In this document: positions 1 through 11,534 of the stretch, in pieces | How the letters are laid out: the number at the start of each line of letters is the position of its first letter | Position numbering within the stretch: the first letter of the stretch is position 1 | Assembly: GCA_973851085.1 (NCBI GenBank) | Contig: OZ316775.1 | Coordinates: forward strand, 3,968,001-4,032,000 | Length of the DNA: 64,000 nucleotides | Direction: 5' to 3' | Origin: Ptychomitrium polyphyllum | Taxonomy: Eukaryota | Translations under genes and position numbers: made by a program | Notes under the pieces: model-generated | Seen by the model: only the letters and a program-made list of their open reading frames with translations | Database searches by the model: none | What the model was told of the DNA's origin: nothing

Positions 1-197
1 AGAAGAGTGACATTTGACCAAGAAAAAAATTAAATGTTTTTTATATCCTTTCACTAGCAATCTATTTGTATTTTTTTCATACTTGACAAACAACAAGCTA
101 TAAATTCTCAAAATGGAAATATCATTCAATCATAGCATTTTTTATACAATTCAAAATTATAATTATATTATATTTAGATTAGGAATTCTATCATATT

Positions 198-297
198 NNN
201 NNNNNNNNNNNNNNNNNNNNNNNNNNNNNNNNNNNNNNNNNNNNNNNNNNNNNNNNNNNNNNNNNNNNNNNNNNNNNNNNNNNNNNNNNNNNNNNNN
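198..297. other. Assembly gap (100 N)
   Basis: Run of 100 n characters. Confidence 0.99.
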
Positions 298-2686
298 CTT
301 GAGAAACTTGCATGAACAAGATTAGTATGAAGCAAATGATTTGCTTTGCATCTTATCTTACCAAAAATGTATCTGTAATAAAAAAACATTTTTCAAGTCA
401 TTTTCAAACCATATCCTTTACATTCTACACGCTTTTGAAATGCTATTTAATGTTATTTGAATCATTAAATTGATCCAAAAAATATGAGAAATTTTCATTG
501 TTTTATACATTTAAGAAGAATAAAATAAAAAATAAAATATTTGTAGAATTTGTTGTGATGTTACCTTTGATATTTTGTCTTTGGAAACCAATAGCTTCTC
601 CTTAATCAAAGAGTCCAAATTTTTCTTAAATTTTGATGGTTCAACATGTAAAAAAAACTGAATTTTTTCATGATGTAACCATATAAGTTTACACATGCAA
701 TTTGGATTGAAAGGCTATTTTAAAATCCAAGACATATTGAAAATGCAAAGAGGATAACATTTTTGTAATCCTTGAACAAGCAACAAAATATCACATGCTA
801 AGAACACAATATAGTTTCACCACAAAGATCTACATAATTTCACACAAACAGCCATATTCTAACCATATTTCTTCCACACTACATAAGTAACACTTATTTA
901 TGTTTGATATTGTCTACAAGCCACATCAGATTTTTGTATGTGACAAAGAAATAAAAAATTAAAAAACTGAAAATAAAAATGCATCACAATTAAGGAACAT
1001 ACCTTCAGATCTCAACGTAGACATGCTGGAGCACACCTGATGTCAGTTTGCACTGTAAGGGTTAAGGAAACCTGTGCCTGTGTGGCAAGTGAATGACACG
1101 ACTACTCAGTGTGCTCAATGATCAATGCTAATCACTGGTGGGCTTATCTTGACTTGTTGCATCAGTCAATGTCAAGTCAACTGTGCTGGTAACCACAAGC
1201 ACTGCAAGTACTATCCGCAGTTTACCACCATGAGGGGAGCCTGGAACTAGTGCCGTGTAGGACTTATCATCAGGCTCACACATGAGAATTTTTAACACTT
1301 GCTCTCTTCAGAGGACAAGTCTAACCTGCTCTGTTCTCTTCAACGCACTTTGTTACAATGGCCTGAGTTTATTGACCAATACAGGTGATAAGTTTGTTAG
1401 GAGGAGAGGGGGTTTTATGGCTATTCTATCATTACGATTCTCATGCCACTTCTCAAAAGTAGCCTTCACTTTATATTTTCTGTTTTGTGGTTTTAGATAG
1501 GGAACTCAATACATTTCCATGATAAAGGGACACTATTGTTGTTATCCCAGACAGCACTTTCACACAAGTATCCGTTAACTACTACATCTGGAGGAACATC
1601 TAGGAATGATCACTTGTGGATCTGTGCAGTGAGATTAGGAATACCTTATTTGTTGAAGCAAATAAGAGCAAACTGCATTGCAGAGGAAAGAGGCCTCACC
1701 CATCATCAGAGGAGACCTCCAGGGGCGAGCCAAACAATTAGGAATGTCTTCAGCCAAGCTGATTTTTCAATAGTTGCACATGCCTCTTGCCAGCTGTTGG
1801 ACTTGCAGAGAAAGCAACATTTACGTGGGTGATTAGAGGTACAGACAATGAAGCAATTGGTGACATGCATTACATGCTTAAAATATACACACTGTACCTC
1901 TCACCACACACAGTTCTAGATGTAACATTTCTTAAAACATTATTATAAGCTGACTGTTGAGTATCAAAATATTGAATAGGGTGTCACAGCTCCTTGTTCT
2001 CCCAGAAATATGAGAAACTGTTTATTTCATCCATGTGAATATTACAATGCCTTACCATTTTCCTAGAAGTACAACAAAATTTGATAAGCCCAATTCGGAA
2101 ATGAAATAGTCTATAAGATACACTATGTAGGCATATAAATGTCATTTAAGAATCTGAACTTACTAAAAGTAAATTGCTATTCATATGAGAAGAATACCAT
2201 GATAAGTTAATCCTCTAGGTAAAATAAAGTCCAATAAAGGGGCCAAATGGTTATAAATTATTCAACAAACTTAAGAAGACATGCTTGTAGAGACACTTGA
2301 AGTTCTCATACTTATCATGCTTTTCTATATCAAGTGTTCTAATTGGTGTAAACATTAGTAGTATATTTTTAACTTTAAAAGGCTTGATAATGCATTTTTG
2401 TGTAATTTCATTAATTCAATTTGTATCTTCTTGTTTCCACAAGCACATTCATCCATTCTTCTAAGTTTAAAATCCATAAATATGACATAATATGAAATAT
2501 GATTTATAATTTTTCTTTTTAACTTTAATAATTTCAAATCATACATGAGAGTTTGACCAAAACTTGGAATTTAATGACTTAAAAGTGGAACCTTCAAAGA
2601 TTCCTAGTTTGTAGGCAATCTTTAAAAGCAACATTTATAAAATAAAATAAAAAATTTATTTTCTCATTAACATGACATAAAAAGAA

Positions 2687-2885
2687 CATCAAAATGATAC
2701 AGATATATTTTGAATTAAAATGATGTCAAATTAATGTCAAAATGACATCAAAATGGCATGGACTAATATGGCTTCAAAATATGATTTCATATAATTTTAA
2801 TGTAATTTTGAAGTTATTTGATATCATTTTGGCGTTTTTTCAATTCAAGACACTTTTATATCAAAATGACATCAAAATGACAAAT
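2687..2885. repeat. Degenerate ~11-bp repeat cluster (CAAAATGACAT-like) in both orientations
   Basis: Recurrent aaaatgacatc/aaaatgatgtc/aaaatgatac motifs plus reverse-oriented atatcattttg; a related cluster occurs at 50553-50805. Confidence 0.55.
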
Positions 2886-5369
2886 TATCTATTGATATTA
2901 TTTTAACATTACATTTATTATTTCCTAGTATATTAATGATGATTAGCAAAATCATCCTTTCTTTTTATAGCAAATTTTAGCATTTGGAATGAATTGCCTT
3001 CAAACAATAATATTCATGACCATTAGTTTAATGCAATTGAGTATAATTATTATTGATGAAATACAAATTTTCTTAATCAATGCTTATAATTAATAAAGAA
3101 TTTTAGCACATCCTACAATATATTAATTAGATATCATATTGAGAATTATGTATATTCAAAATGGAAAATTTGTAGGTTTAATGACTTTGATGCATATGAT
3201 TAATAGACTCATTTAAAAATGTTGTAAGTATATAATACCTAGAAATGAAAACATAATGATATAAAGTAAAAATGACTCCAATATTAAAATTATGCTTCAA
3301 ATACTTACTAAGACATGTAACAATTTTAAAAAATGGTATTTAAAGTTTCCAATTCTAAAATAACTTATCATGGTCTAAAATAAAAATTGCTAAACAAATG
3401 TCTTTAATAATAAATTTTAACAAAAATTTGATTGAAAAGATAATATATTTAGATTTTTTATAAATAGTATCATTTATGAATAAATTATTATGCTAATAAA
3501 TTATTGATGGTATTACATACTATTTTTAGTGTATTTTTCCAAATACAAAATATTCCAAGAAACCAATGTATGAATAAAAAAAACATCAATAATTTATTGA
3601 TATTTCCATAGTAATATCAAGCAAAATGTATAAGTAATAAAATTCTTTTTGTTCAATGACTTTAAAGGTTCAAAAAGAAATTGGGCGTGCTTTATTTGCT
3701 TTGGCCATTTTTTTAAATAATTGCGAATGTTAGTTTTGAAGTATTTTATTCTAAATCTTTAAGATTTTTATATGTAAAGAAAACAAAGGTAATTGACCTA
3801 CATTATTTCAATTGATTTACATTATTAAATTCTATATGGTTATAATATAGATAATTTGACATACTACAATGACAAAAAATAAATAAAATAATAATAATAA
3901 CTGTAATTGTAATAGTAATAATAATAATAATAATAATGAAAATTAAAGATAATAATAATATTAAATTTTAGTATTCTTAAAAAATTAACATGATGTATTT
4001 TTTATCCAAAAATAATGGAAAAAAAGAATAGAAATATCTATTTCACATATTCTTATTTAATATTCAACTTTATCATTGTAAAATATGATGGTTTTAAATG
4101 AGCATCTTTTCACAACATTTTTATGAAAAAATTAAATTCAAAACAATTGAAAGGTTTAAGCTGTGGATCTATATGTCCAAAATGAATTAATTTGTTATAT
4201 CCCATTAGTCTAATATCAAATTTGTATCTTTGCATTAAAGAATGAACGTTGTTAATGGCATTAAATAGCTACTTAAGACCTTGTAGGAGTATAAAACATC
4301 ACCTTTAATGAGATTTATCATAAGTACAAAATATAAGAGTGTGTTGATGATTCATTCATTAAAAATAAGAAAAAAATATCACATACAAACGTGACATTTT
4401 CATGAATACAATGTTAATAGGTTTATCTCTGACCGTGTGATTTGCACCACATAGTTTGTGAGTATCTTTGCACAACCAGTTCTACTTCTGTGCAAAAGCT
4501 GGGCACCAAAGAGAACAGTGTAATCTTAGCCAGGAAGAGCAGAGACCTCAAACATTGAAACAAGAATATAGGAAGAGTTCTGCCCATCTTGGTAGGATTC
4601 TGATGCACAGCCATACAGGTGCTGCACAGCAACACGCAAGATGCTCAAGTTATGTAGCAGTTCCAACCTGAAAGCTGACTTTATCACTCCAAGTTTCGAT
4701 GAAGTGATTGTTATTTTATATCTCCATAAGCTGCTCTGGTTCAAATCTTGTAAACTTACCTGAATGACAGGGTAAGAATCAGCACAGAGGGCGACGAAGA
4801 CTGGCTTGATGAGGAATAAGCGGAACACAAATATGACACAGAACAACTAAACCACGGTATGTCCATGTATCAAATGCACTTTCAGGGGAAGGGTATTAGT
4901 TCAGACTGAGCGAGAACTGTATGAAACAGAGCACGGTTGAATAGTTTGAATGGATATATCTAACTACAAATCAGTTTTCTGACGTGAAGCTAAAGAAACA
5001 TCAGATTGACGGTCCCTTGCATGCTAACAGTACTCCTTAACGTTATTACTACAGAATCCTTAACTGTACTCGTTTCCTCAGATCTCATCTTTTCGTCGTC
5101 CTCTCAAATTACCTATGCTCAGATGCCAGGTACATGCTCCCGTAACTTCTTTTTTGTAATACCGCCTTCTTGATGGAGGATCACAGTTTAAAAGGATTTG
5201 AAGCCAGGAGTTTAGTAGCGAGCCTTGGACTACAGACGATGCGCTTCTCCTCATGTTTGTGGCGGTATTCTTGCAGCGCCCGCTCATGCAGATACGATCA
5301 CCAAACGCCTTCAAAGGCTAATGTACAGGAAAAGAGAGTTCTTCAACGCACAAGTGGTCGGTTTGCAGG

Positions 5370-6461
5370 TTAGAAACGGCACCAAGATGGCCTTTTGTCC
5401 CTGAGAAGCTCGTCTGCCAGGCGACGCTCTCGCTGCTGAAACGCTTCATGTGTCAAAAGAGAGGCAAATTGCTTGGCCATACAATTATGCCGCCTTTGAT
5501 CTGGGGAGGATTTTCCACCGTCGTTCGTGCTGCCCTGGTTTTTGTCGCAGCTGAAATTCACACATGCGCTGTCTCTTCGGCGAAGTTCGTCACTCTGCGA
5601 GTTCCTATGCATGCCCTTCACTTGCTCAGACGACCAGCTCGACTGCACTCGTCGAGGGGTCAGCTTCCTCGCTTCTATGCCTATTCCATGCAGCGGATGC
5701 GTGCAACGTCGTGAAGGAGCTGCCAGAGCAGCCTGTTGCGCACTCATCTGCGCAATAATTTCCCGAGGCCTAACTCGCCTCGGGGTCGCGTTAACGCGAT
5801 ATTCTGAATTCATTCCAAATGCAACATGGCCTTGCGCATGCGCCCGATGCACGTTGCGCACTCCAGCATACTGCGAATACGCGCGGTCGGGAGTAACACT
5901 ATGCGAGTGGAAATAATCATGGGGATCACGGTGCCCACCTGACAGACGCATCGGATTGGACTTGGAGGTGTGCATGAGTTTCACCAGCTGGTTGCGTGCA
6001 TCCTGCAGCGCATTCACCAGCGCCGACACCACTTCCCATATATTGCCCATGTCACCCTTTGACCCTCGAGGTCCTCCATACCCACCACTTGATCTTCGTT
6101 TGCTGTTACCCTGAAATTGAATTTTTACACGCTGTTGGCACATTAGCAATCCTGCAGATTTCTTTGGCCTAAATTATCTAATCCCGAAAATCCAGTTAAC
6201 CCTGTGACGGTCCTTTACTTAACCTGATACTTGGAAAGGGCTGAGTTTAGGTCCTTGAACTCCAATATATTCTGAGTTAAATAAGCTTATCCATGGATCC
6301 GGATTCTTGAGAGACATCAAGCATTGGATTGTTGTGCAAAGTGACATCAGATTGAGAAGGCGAAGGAGATGGAGTAACCTGATTAGAAGTCGAAGTGCGG
6401 CGCATCTCGACTCACGACGAGAAAGTGTACGACGTCTGAGGCTTGATAGAGATGGCAACAT
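5370..6461 (-). CDS. Hypothetical protein (~339 aa, two exons: 6461-6224 and 6151-5370)
   Basis: The 80-aa ORF ending QVS-G joins the 259-aa ORF in frame through a 72-nt phase-1 GT-AG intron (6223-6152; G|GTTAAG ... CTGCAG|GA). R/S-rich; no domain recognised. Confidence 0.5.
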
Positions 6462-8103
6462 GCGCCGCTCATGTAGATAGGTTCGAAATTCACGAAAATC
6501 GCTTCCACTGGTTCAAAGACTGGCAATCGATATGAAAACGTCATTGACAAACCAGATGGGAGGTGGGATAGAGCACAAATGTCTTAATTCTGCTGCTACC
6601 ATCATCATATTCGCCGGCCTCTGCTATTACTTCATTCGTTCAGATTACATCACAATTACGTTTCATGTGCCGTTTTTACGTTGTAGCAAGGAGATCCCAA
6701 TGAAACCCTCCAGACCTAAATACTTGGTAAAAAACTCACTGCAAGTAACAAAGCCTTCAAAACCGGGAGCCATGAAAGTTTGTCGAGTTTGCTATAGTCA
6801 TTTCGGCCATCACACCTCCATTCCTATGCTCGTCGACACATCGTGTAGTTCCAATAATGCCTAATTCCAACACAATTTACAAGGTACAAAACTGAACCCT
6901 ACCCTGCACGCCAGCTCTACACCCAGCTCCCGAAATGCAATGAATTACAGAGCGAAAACACAAAGAGAGAAGAAGCCTACGTGTAATTTTAACATGCCCA
7001 TGTGATGATCAAAATTAGCCATCGTAACTTAGCTGCAAATTGAAAAGCAGAGCAGATAAAGGCCAAGTATCAATCAACAATACGAGTTGGTCTGGATCCT
7101 TACAGTGAAATGACCTTAACGATGGTTGCGACATCAACGATACAAGAGCAGCTTGGGCAATAAGCGCACACTGACGTTGCAGATTGCAACAGCTGCAGCC
7201 AAAAGTAAGTTAGATTTCACCAGGACGAGCCGGCCGGCGAAGTCAGGGGAATGAAGATTGACCTGTGCTGGCCTAAACGTTAGGTGGTGCTGGGCCTTTG
7301 AACCGTCGGATGAGAAATCCCATGCACCAAGAATCTTGACGAAACGGTTGGGACATTACATCATTCCATCGGCCGATTCCACAAATACCTTCGCAACCAA
7401 CCTACACATCAATCAGGTCACACACTCGGGCTGGCTAGTGAATGTGTACTTTGCTTTTGGGAGAACATGTGTACAATTGCGGTTCATGCGTTATTCAGCA
7501 TTGTAAGAAAGATGATGCTCACGACGGAGCGATGACATGTGATGAAGCAAACGCACACACGCCTTCGTGGCTGCTGTGCGGCCATGGAACTTCGCAACTT
7601 CAATCGCACCTCCGACATGCCTGGATCGTGTCTGTCAAAGGATACTTCGTTCAGTTTTACTGGCGGAAGGTAAGAAAAGTTAATTGCCACATTCCTCAAG
7701 CGTGATGTTAAATTCCTTTGGTCGTTGCAAGGAATGAGTTTTACAAGAAACCTTCGTTTTGGTGAACACCTTGCCCTCTCTACGCACACCAGCATGGTCA
7801 ATTTGAATGACGCACCAGGAGCAAGTAGACTTTAGAGCAGAACTTTAGCATCGTGTCTTCTAATTTCAACAGCTTGAAGCACATTCTCTACACTCAATAC
7901 TCTTCTGGTTTCTTTGATAGCTTATGGAAAAACTGTAATCGTAGACAGAAATGTACCATTTTTATTCTCTGGATCCCATCCCAACATTCTGCGTGATCTC
8001 CATGGCATGGTTTTGTTGTGGTTCACACAAATTGTTTTCTAGAAAACTGTGTCACAGCACTAGTGTTGACTTTTTCATATCCAATATCCGCTTGTTTTTC
8101 TTG

Positions 8104-8110
8104 TATAAAT
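8104..8110 (+). promoter_or_regulatory. Putative TATA box of the Val-rich secreted protein gene (copy A)
   Basis: TATAAAT about 100 nt upstream of the ATG at 8207. Confidence 0.5.
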
Positions 8111-8206
8111 TAGCTTTCCTTCAACTCAGCCACCACCGAATTCATTGACAAGCTCTTTACTACACTGATATTCTTATTGCTCAAAGTGTGCTAGATCTTC
8201 ACAGCT

Positions 8207-8626
8207 ATGGCGACCGTGAGGACGAGGACCCTGCTTCTGGGAATCATAGTGGCAGCACTGGCAGTGGCTGCTGTACAGGCATTATCCGTAACGATTTTCA
8301 ACCCAGCAGGGCTGGTGGTGGACGTTTTGGTGGATGACAAAGACGTCAAAGTTGAGACGCAGATGGTGACTGTGAACATCTCCCAAGCGCAGCAGGTTGT
8401 CCAGGTCAAGGTTATGGAGGGGAAGATGATAGAAGTCACTGTGCAGGATGGGGATGCGTTTGTGTTGATTCCTGATCCTACCGACCCTCTCAATGCAGTA
8501 CTGGCCTTGAAGATTGAAGTGGGTGGCACTGGGTTGGTTAATCCCCCAAATTCATCCCCACTCCCTGAAGTAGAGAGCACAAATCCTGCCTTGCCTCAAG
8601 AGGAGAGCACTTCTGCTTTACCTTGA
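8207..8626 (+). CDS. Small secreted valine-rich protein of unknown family, copy A (139 aa, Pro/Ser/Glu-rich tail)
   Basis: Intronless ORF with a classical signal peptide ending AVQA. Shares VTIxNxAGL and VxDGDxxVxxPD motifs with 10221-10600 and 49860-50183. Confidence 0.85.
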   Translation: MATVRTRTLLLGIIVAALAVAAVQALSVTIFNPAGLVVDVLVDDKDVKVETQMVTVNISQAQQVVQVKVMEGKMIEVTVQDGDAFVLIPDPTDPLNAVLALKIEVGGTGLVNPPNSSPLPEVESTNPALPQEESTSALP

Positions 8627-10220
8627 GTTGGAGTTTTGAATGCCATATGTGCAAGGTAGTGCATATGCACATGAGGCTCTGTGCTCGTGTAACGATATTT
8701 CTGTGCAGCGTTTTCTGTTTGTGATTAGTGGAGTCCGTGTATGCGGACCACTACGTGATTCAAGCATCCAATTCTTCTCACTTATGTAGGATGCTTGCCA
8801 TGTCATGTCTGTGCAGATTTTGGGTACAATTCAGGCAGCTCTTGATCTAAGTCACAATCTGAAATTATAGAAAGTGTTCAATCATGATTAAGATAAACAA
8901 TAGCGAGACGTCCCTTAATATAGTAAGGTAGTCTCGATTGCCTAGATACGGGAGGCAGGATCTAGCCTAAGGAACTCAGAAATACGTAGTAGTTCCACAT
9001 TGGAATCGATGGTATCCCATGATTAGAATGAATATTGATGTCCACAAGTTCAGTGTGCCTTGTGATGTTGTGTGCACTCACCCGCCGAGGCTACCTCCTA
9101 AAATGAACCCGTCCGCAGATGCATGAAAGTCTTATGTTTGAGAGAATTCAATGCACATGAGTCGTATAACCTTCCGTTTCTTCAAGCTAGCGTTCAAACT
9201 TCCTGAAAGCATGATGAGTATCCCTATGATAGTGCAGAACCACAGCTATGATTGAAATTTCATGAGGTTTAAAATAGAAACCCAGGAGGTTCACGACATA
9301 GTTCTCCAGTCTGTCAAGACATTCACTTCACCTTCTATCCACATTCTGACCTACCTTAAAATAGTATGTAATGCTCAATTTCTTACCTATAAGAAAAATG
9401 GCAAACTGAATCATACGCTGTCAATTATTTAGTTACTTGAAGAAGCTATCATGCAAACAGAATCGTTATCATGCAAGCTATCATGCAAGCTATCATTCAA
9501 ATGTGGCAATACAAATCTTTGGAATGAAATAGAACTAAAAGGAATTAAATTTGTCTAAGATGATTGCATATTTTTAAAGTTATATTATAAGTTTCTTACC
9601 AACAAATTTGTAATTGAATTGTTTATGAGATATGTAATTTAATTTGAACTCAATTAAATTTCTTAATCCTCTTCACAATTGGTACCAAATTGATACATAA
9701 TAGAGGAGATTGAACAAATAAAGAATCATTGGATATGCAATTTACCTTGACTCAAGTTGAGTTGAAATATGGTATCACCATAGTCTTGAAATTGTTATTA
9801 TATCCCATTATAGTGAATACAATGTTTATTTTCTTTTGGAGTTGTGAGTGGCTCTTGTCCTTGGGTATCCACAAGTGTCCATACACAATTTAAAACATTT
9901 CCTACACTTGGAGACTTCTGGTATGCTTGAGATCACATAAAATTTACAACCGTTATCAGAAGAAGTTATACTCATTCTGTAAGAATAACTCACCACTGTG
10001 CATGAAATTCATGGCATGATCATGTCCTGGTTCACAAAATTAACTTTCCAAGAAGCTTTGTCACAGTACCAGTGAATTTATCCTTTCCATCTCCTGGCCT
10101 TTGCATTCTCTCGCCAATAAAAGGTTAACCCCTCCACTCCAACCACCACCTAAGTCATTTGCAAGTTCTTCACTCCACTCATCTTCAGTTGCTCAGAGAA
10201 TGTATTAGATCTGCTCGATC

Positions 10221-10600
10221 ATGGCGATCATAGGGAAGAAGCTCACCCTGCTGTTGAGCCTGCTGGTGGCAGCGCTGGTGACGGCTACTGCACAGGAGGA
10301 TAAAAAGAATGTCAAATGGCTGCTGCCCAACCAGCCGTGACGATCTACAACCCAGCAGGGCTGCTGCTAGACAATTCGAATGATGACAAGAAAGTTAAAG
10401 TGATCTCGACGGAGGAGATGATGACCATGGACCTCACCCAAGAGTAGGAGGATCTCCAGTTCTCTATTGCAGATATGAACGTGGTGGACGTGGATGTGCA
10501 CGATGGGGATGTGTTCGTCCTGATTCCTGACCCAAGTGATCCTCTGAATGTGCAGGCCACGAAGGTCTTCGTGAGTGGTGAGGAACCCAACCGTCCGTGA
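10221..10600 (+). pseudogene. Pseudogene of the Val-rich secreted protein family (copy B)
   Basis: Signal peptide MAIIGKKLTLLLSLLVAALVTATAQ, then a frameshift giving TGA at 10338-10340. The shifted frame reads VTIYNPAGLLLD...TQE*EDLQ...VDVHDGDVFVLIPDPSDPLNVQATK with an in-frame TAG at 10445-10447. Confidence 0.85.
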
Positions 10601-11534
10601 CGATTCCCGATCCAAAATTTGACATCCGCCCTTGAAACGGATATTGTAATGCTCGTCGAGAGAATTTTTTGAACTTCGTGATTCTAAGTCAGTACAAATC
10701 TTATGTGGAGCATCATTCTCGATTTTCAAGGACTTCTGTTCATATGGTATATATGCCTGTGCTGGTGTTCGGTATAGTGATTTCGAGTTGGACGAATTGC
10801 AGCCTCATTGCATTGTTGGTCCAAGGCTGATCCGCAGAAAAGTATTGATTAAGTCAAATAACATTGAGTTGTCCCCAATTGGACCAGTTGTTTCAATTGC
10901 ATGGCTTCTCAGGGCTGGACCCATGAGAGGAGCTCAGTTATATGTTTTAATTCCATTTTGGAATAAAATTGTCTGCTGCTTGATCTAAATGATCGTCCGT
11001 CGTCAACGCTGTGCTGCATTGTGAGCAACTCCTTTTGCCTTGTGTTGTTATTTGCACACACATGGAAGTATGAGCAAAAAATAGATGCTCAGTATGATCT
11101 TATGTTTCTCTAGTCCAGCTTCTATTGCCATCCAGGATGCCGCGTGTGATTAGTGGGAACATAGCAAGTTATCTAAAGTATCTGTGCATAGTTACAGCTG
11201 TGATACAAGTCTATCAGCTTCAGAAAAATACCAAGGAGGTTGAAGACTAACCCATCTTCCCTCCAGGATCAACTCAGACTCTAACCTACAAACTATACTA
11301 CACAATGCCACACTTTCGCTTAAGAGAAAAACTGTGAACTGAATTACAAGCTCTAGAGTTTGTGGTTACTACTTAAAGAGACTATTCACACACTCGTTAA
11401 TTGCTACATATCATTGAAACAAGGCTGTTGACAATTACATTTATACCTTAACATTTGGAGATCCAAAAACTTGAAATTGGAGTAACAGCTGTCTTTTCGA
11501 GTAGATCTGACACACAGACTTACTGTGGGAAATT

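Noticed and set aside
8191..8580. Antisense ORFs over the Val-rich genes (also 49851-50235 on +)
   Set aside because: Shadow frames expected from biased codon usage. The signal peptide and family motifs are on the called strands.
8924..9358. Possible MITE bounded by TAAGGTAG / CTACCTTA
   Set aside because: Only ~8-11 bp of inverted match, and the flanking trinucleotides (TAA vs TTA) are not a direct duplication.
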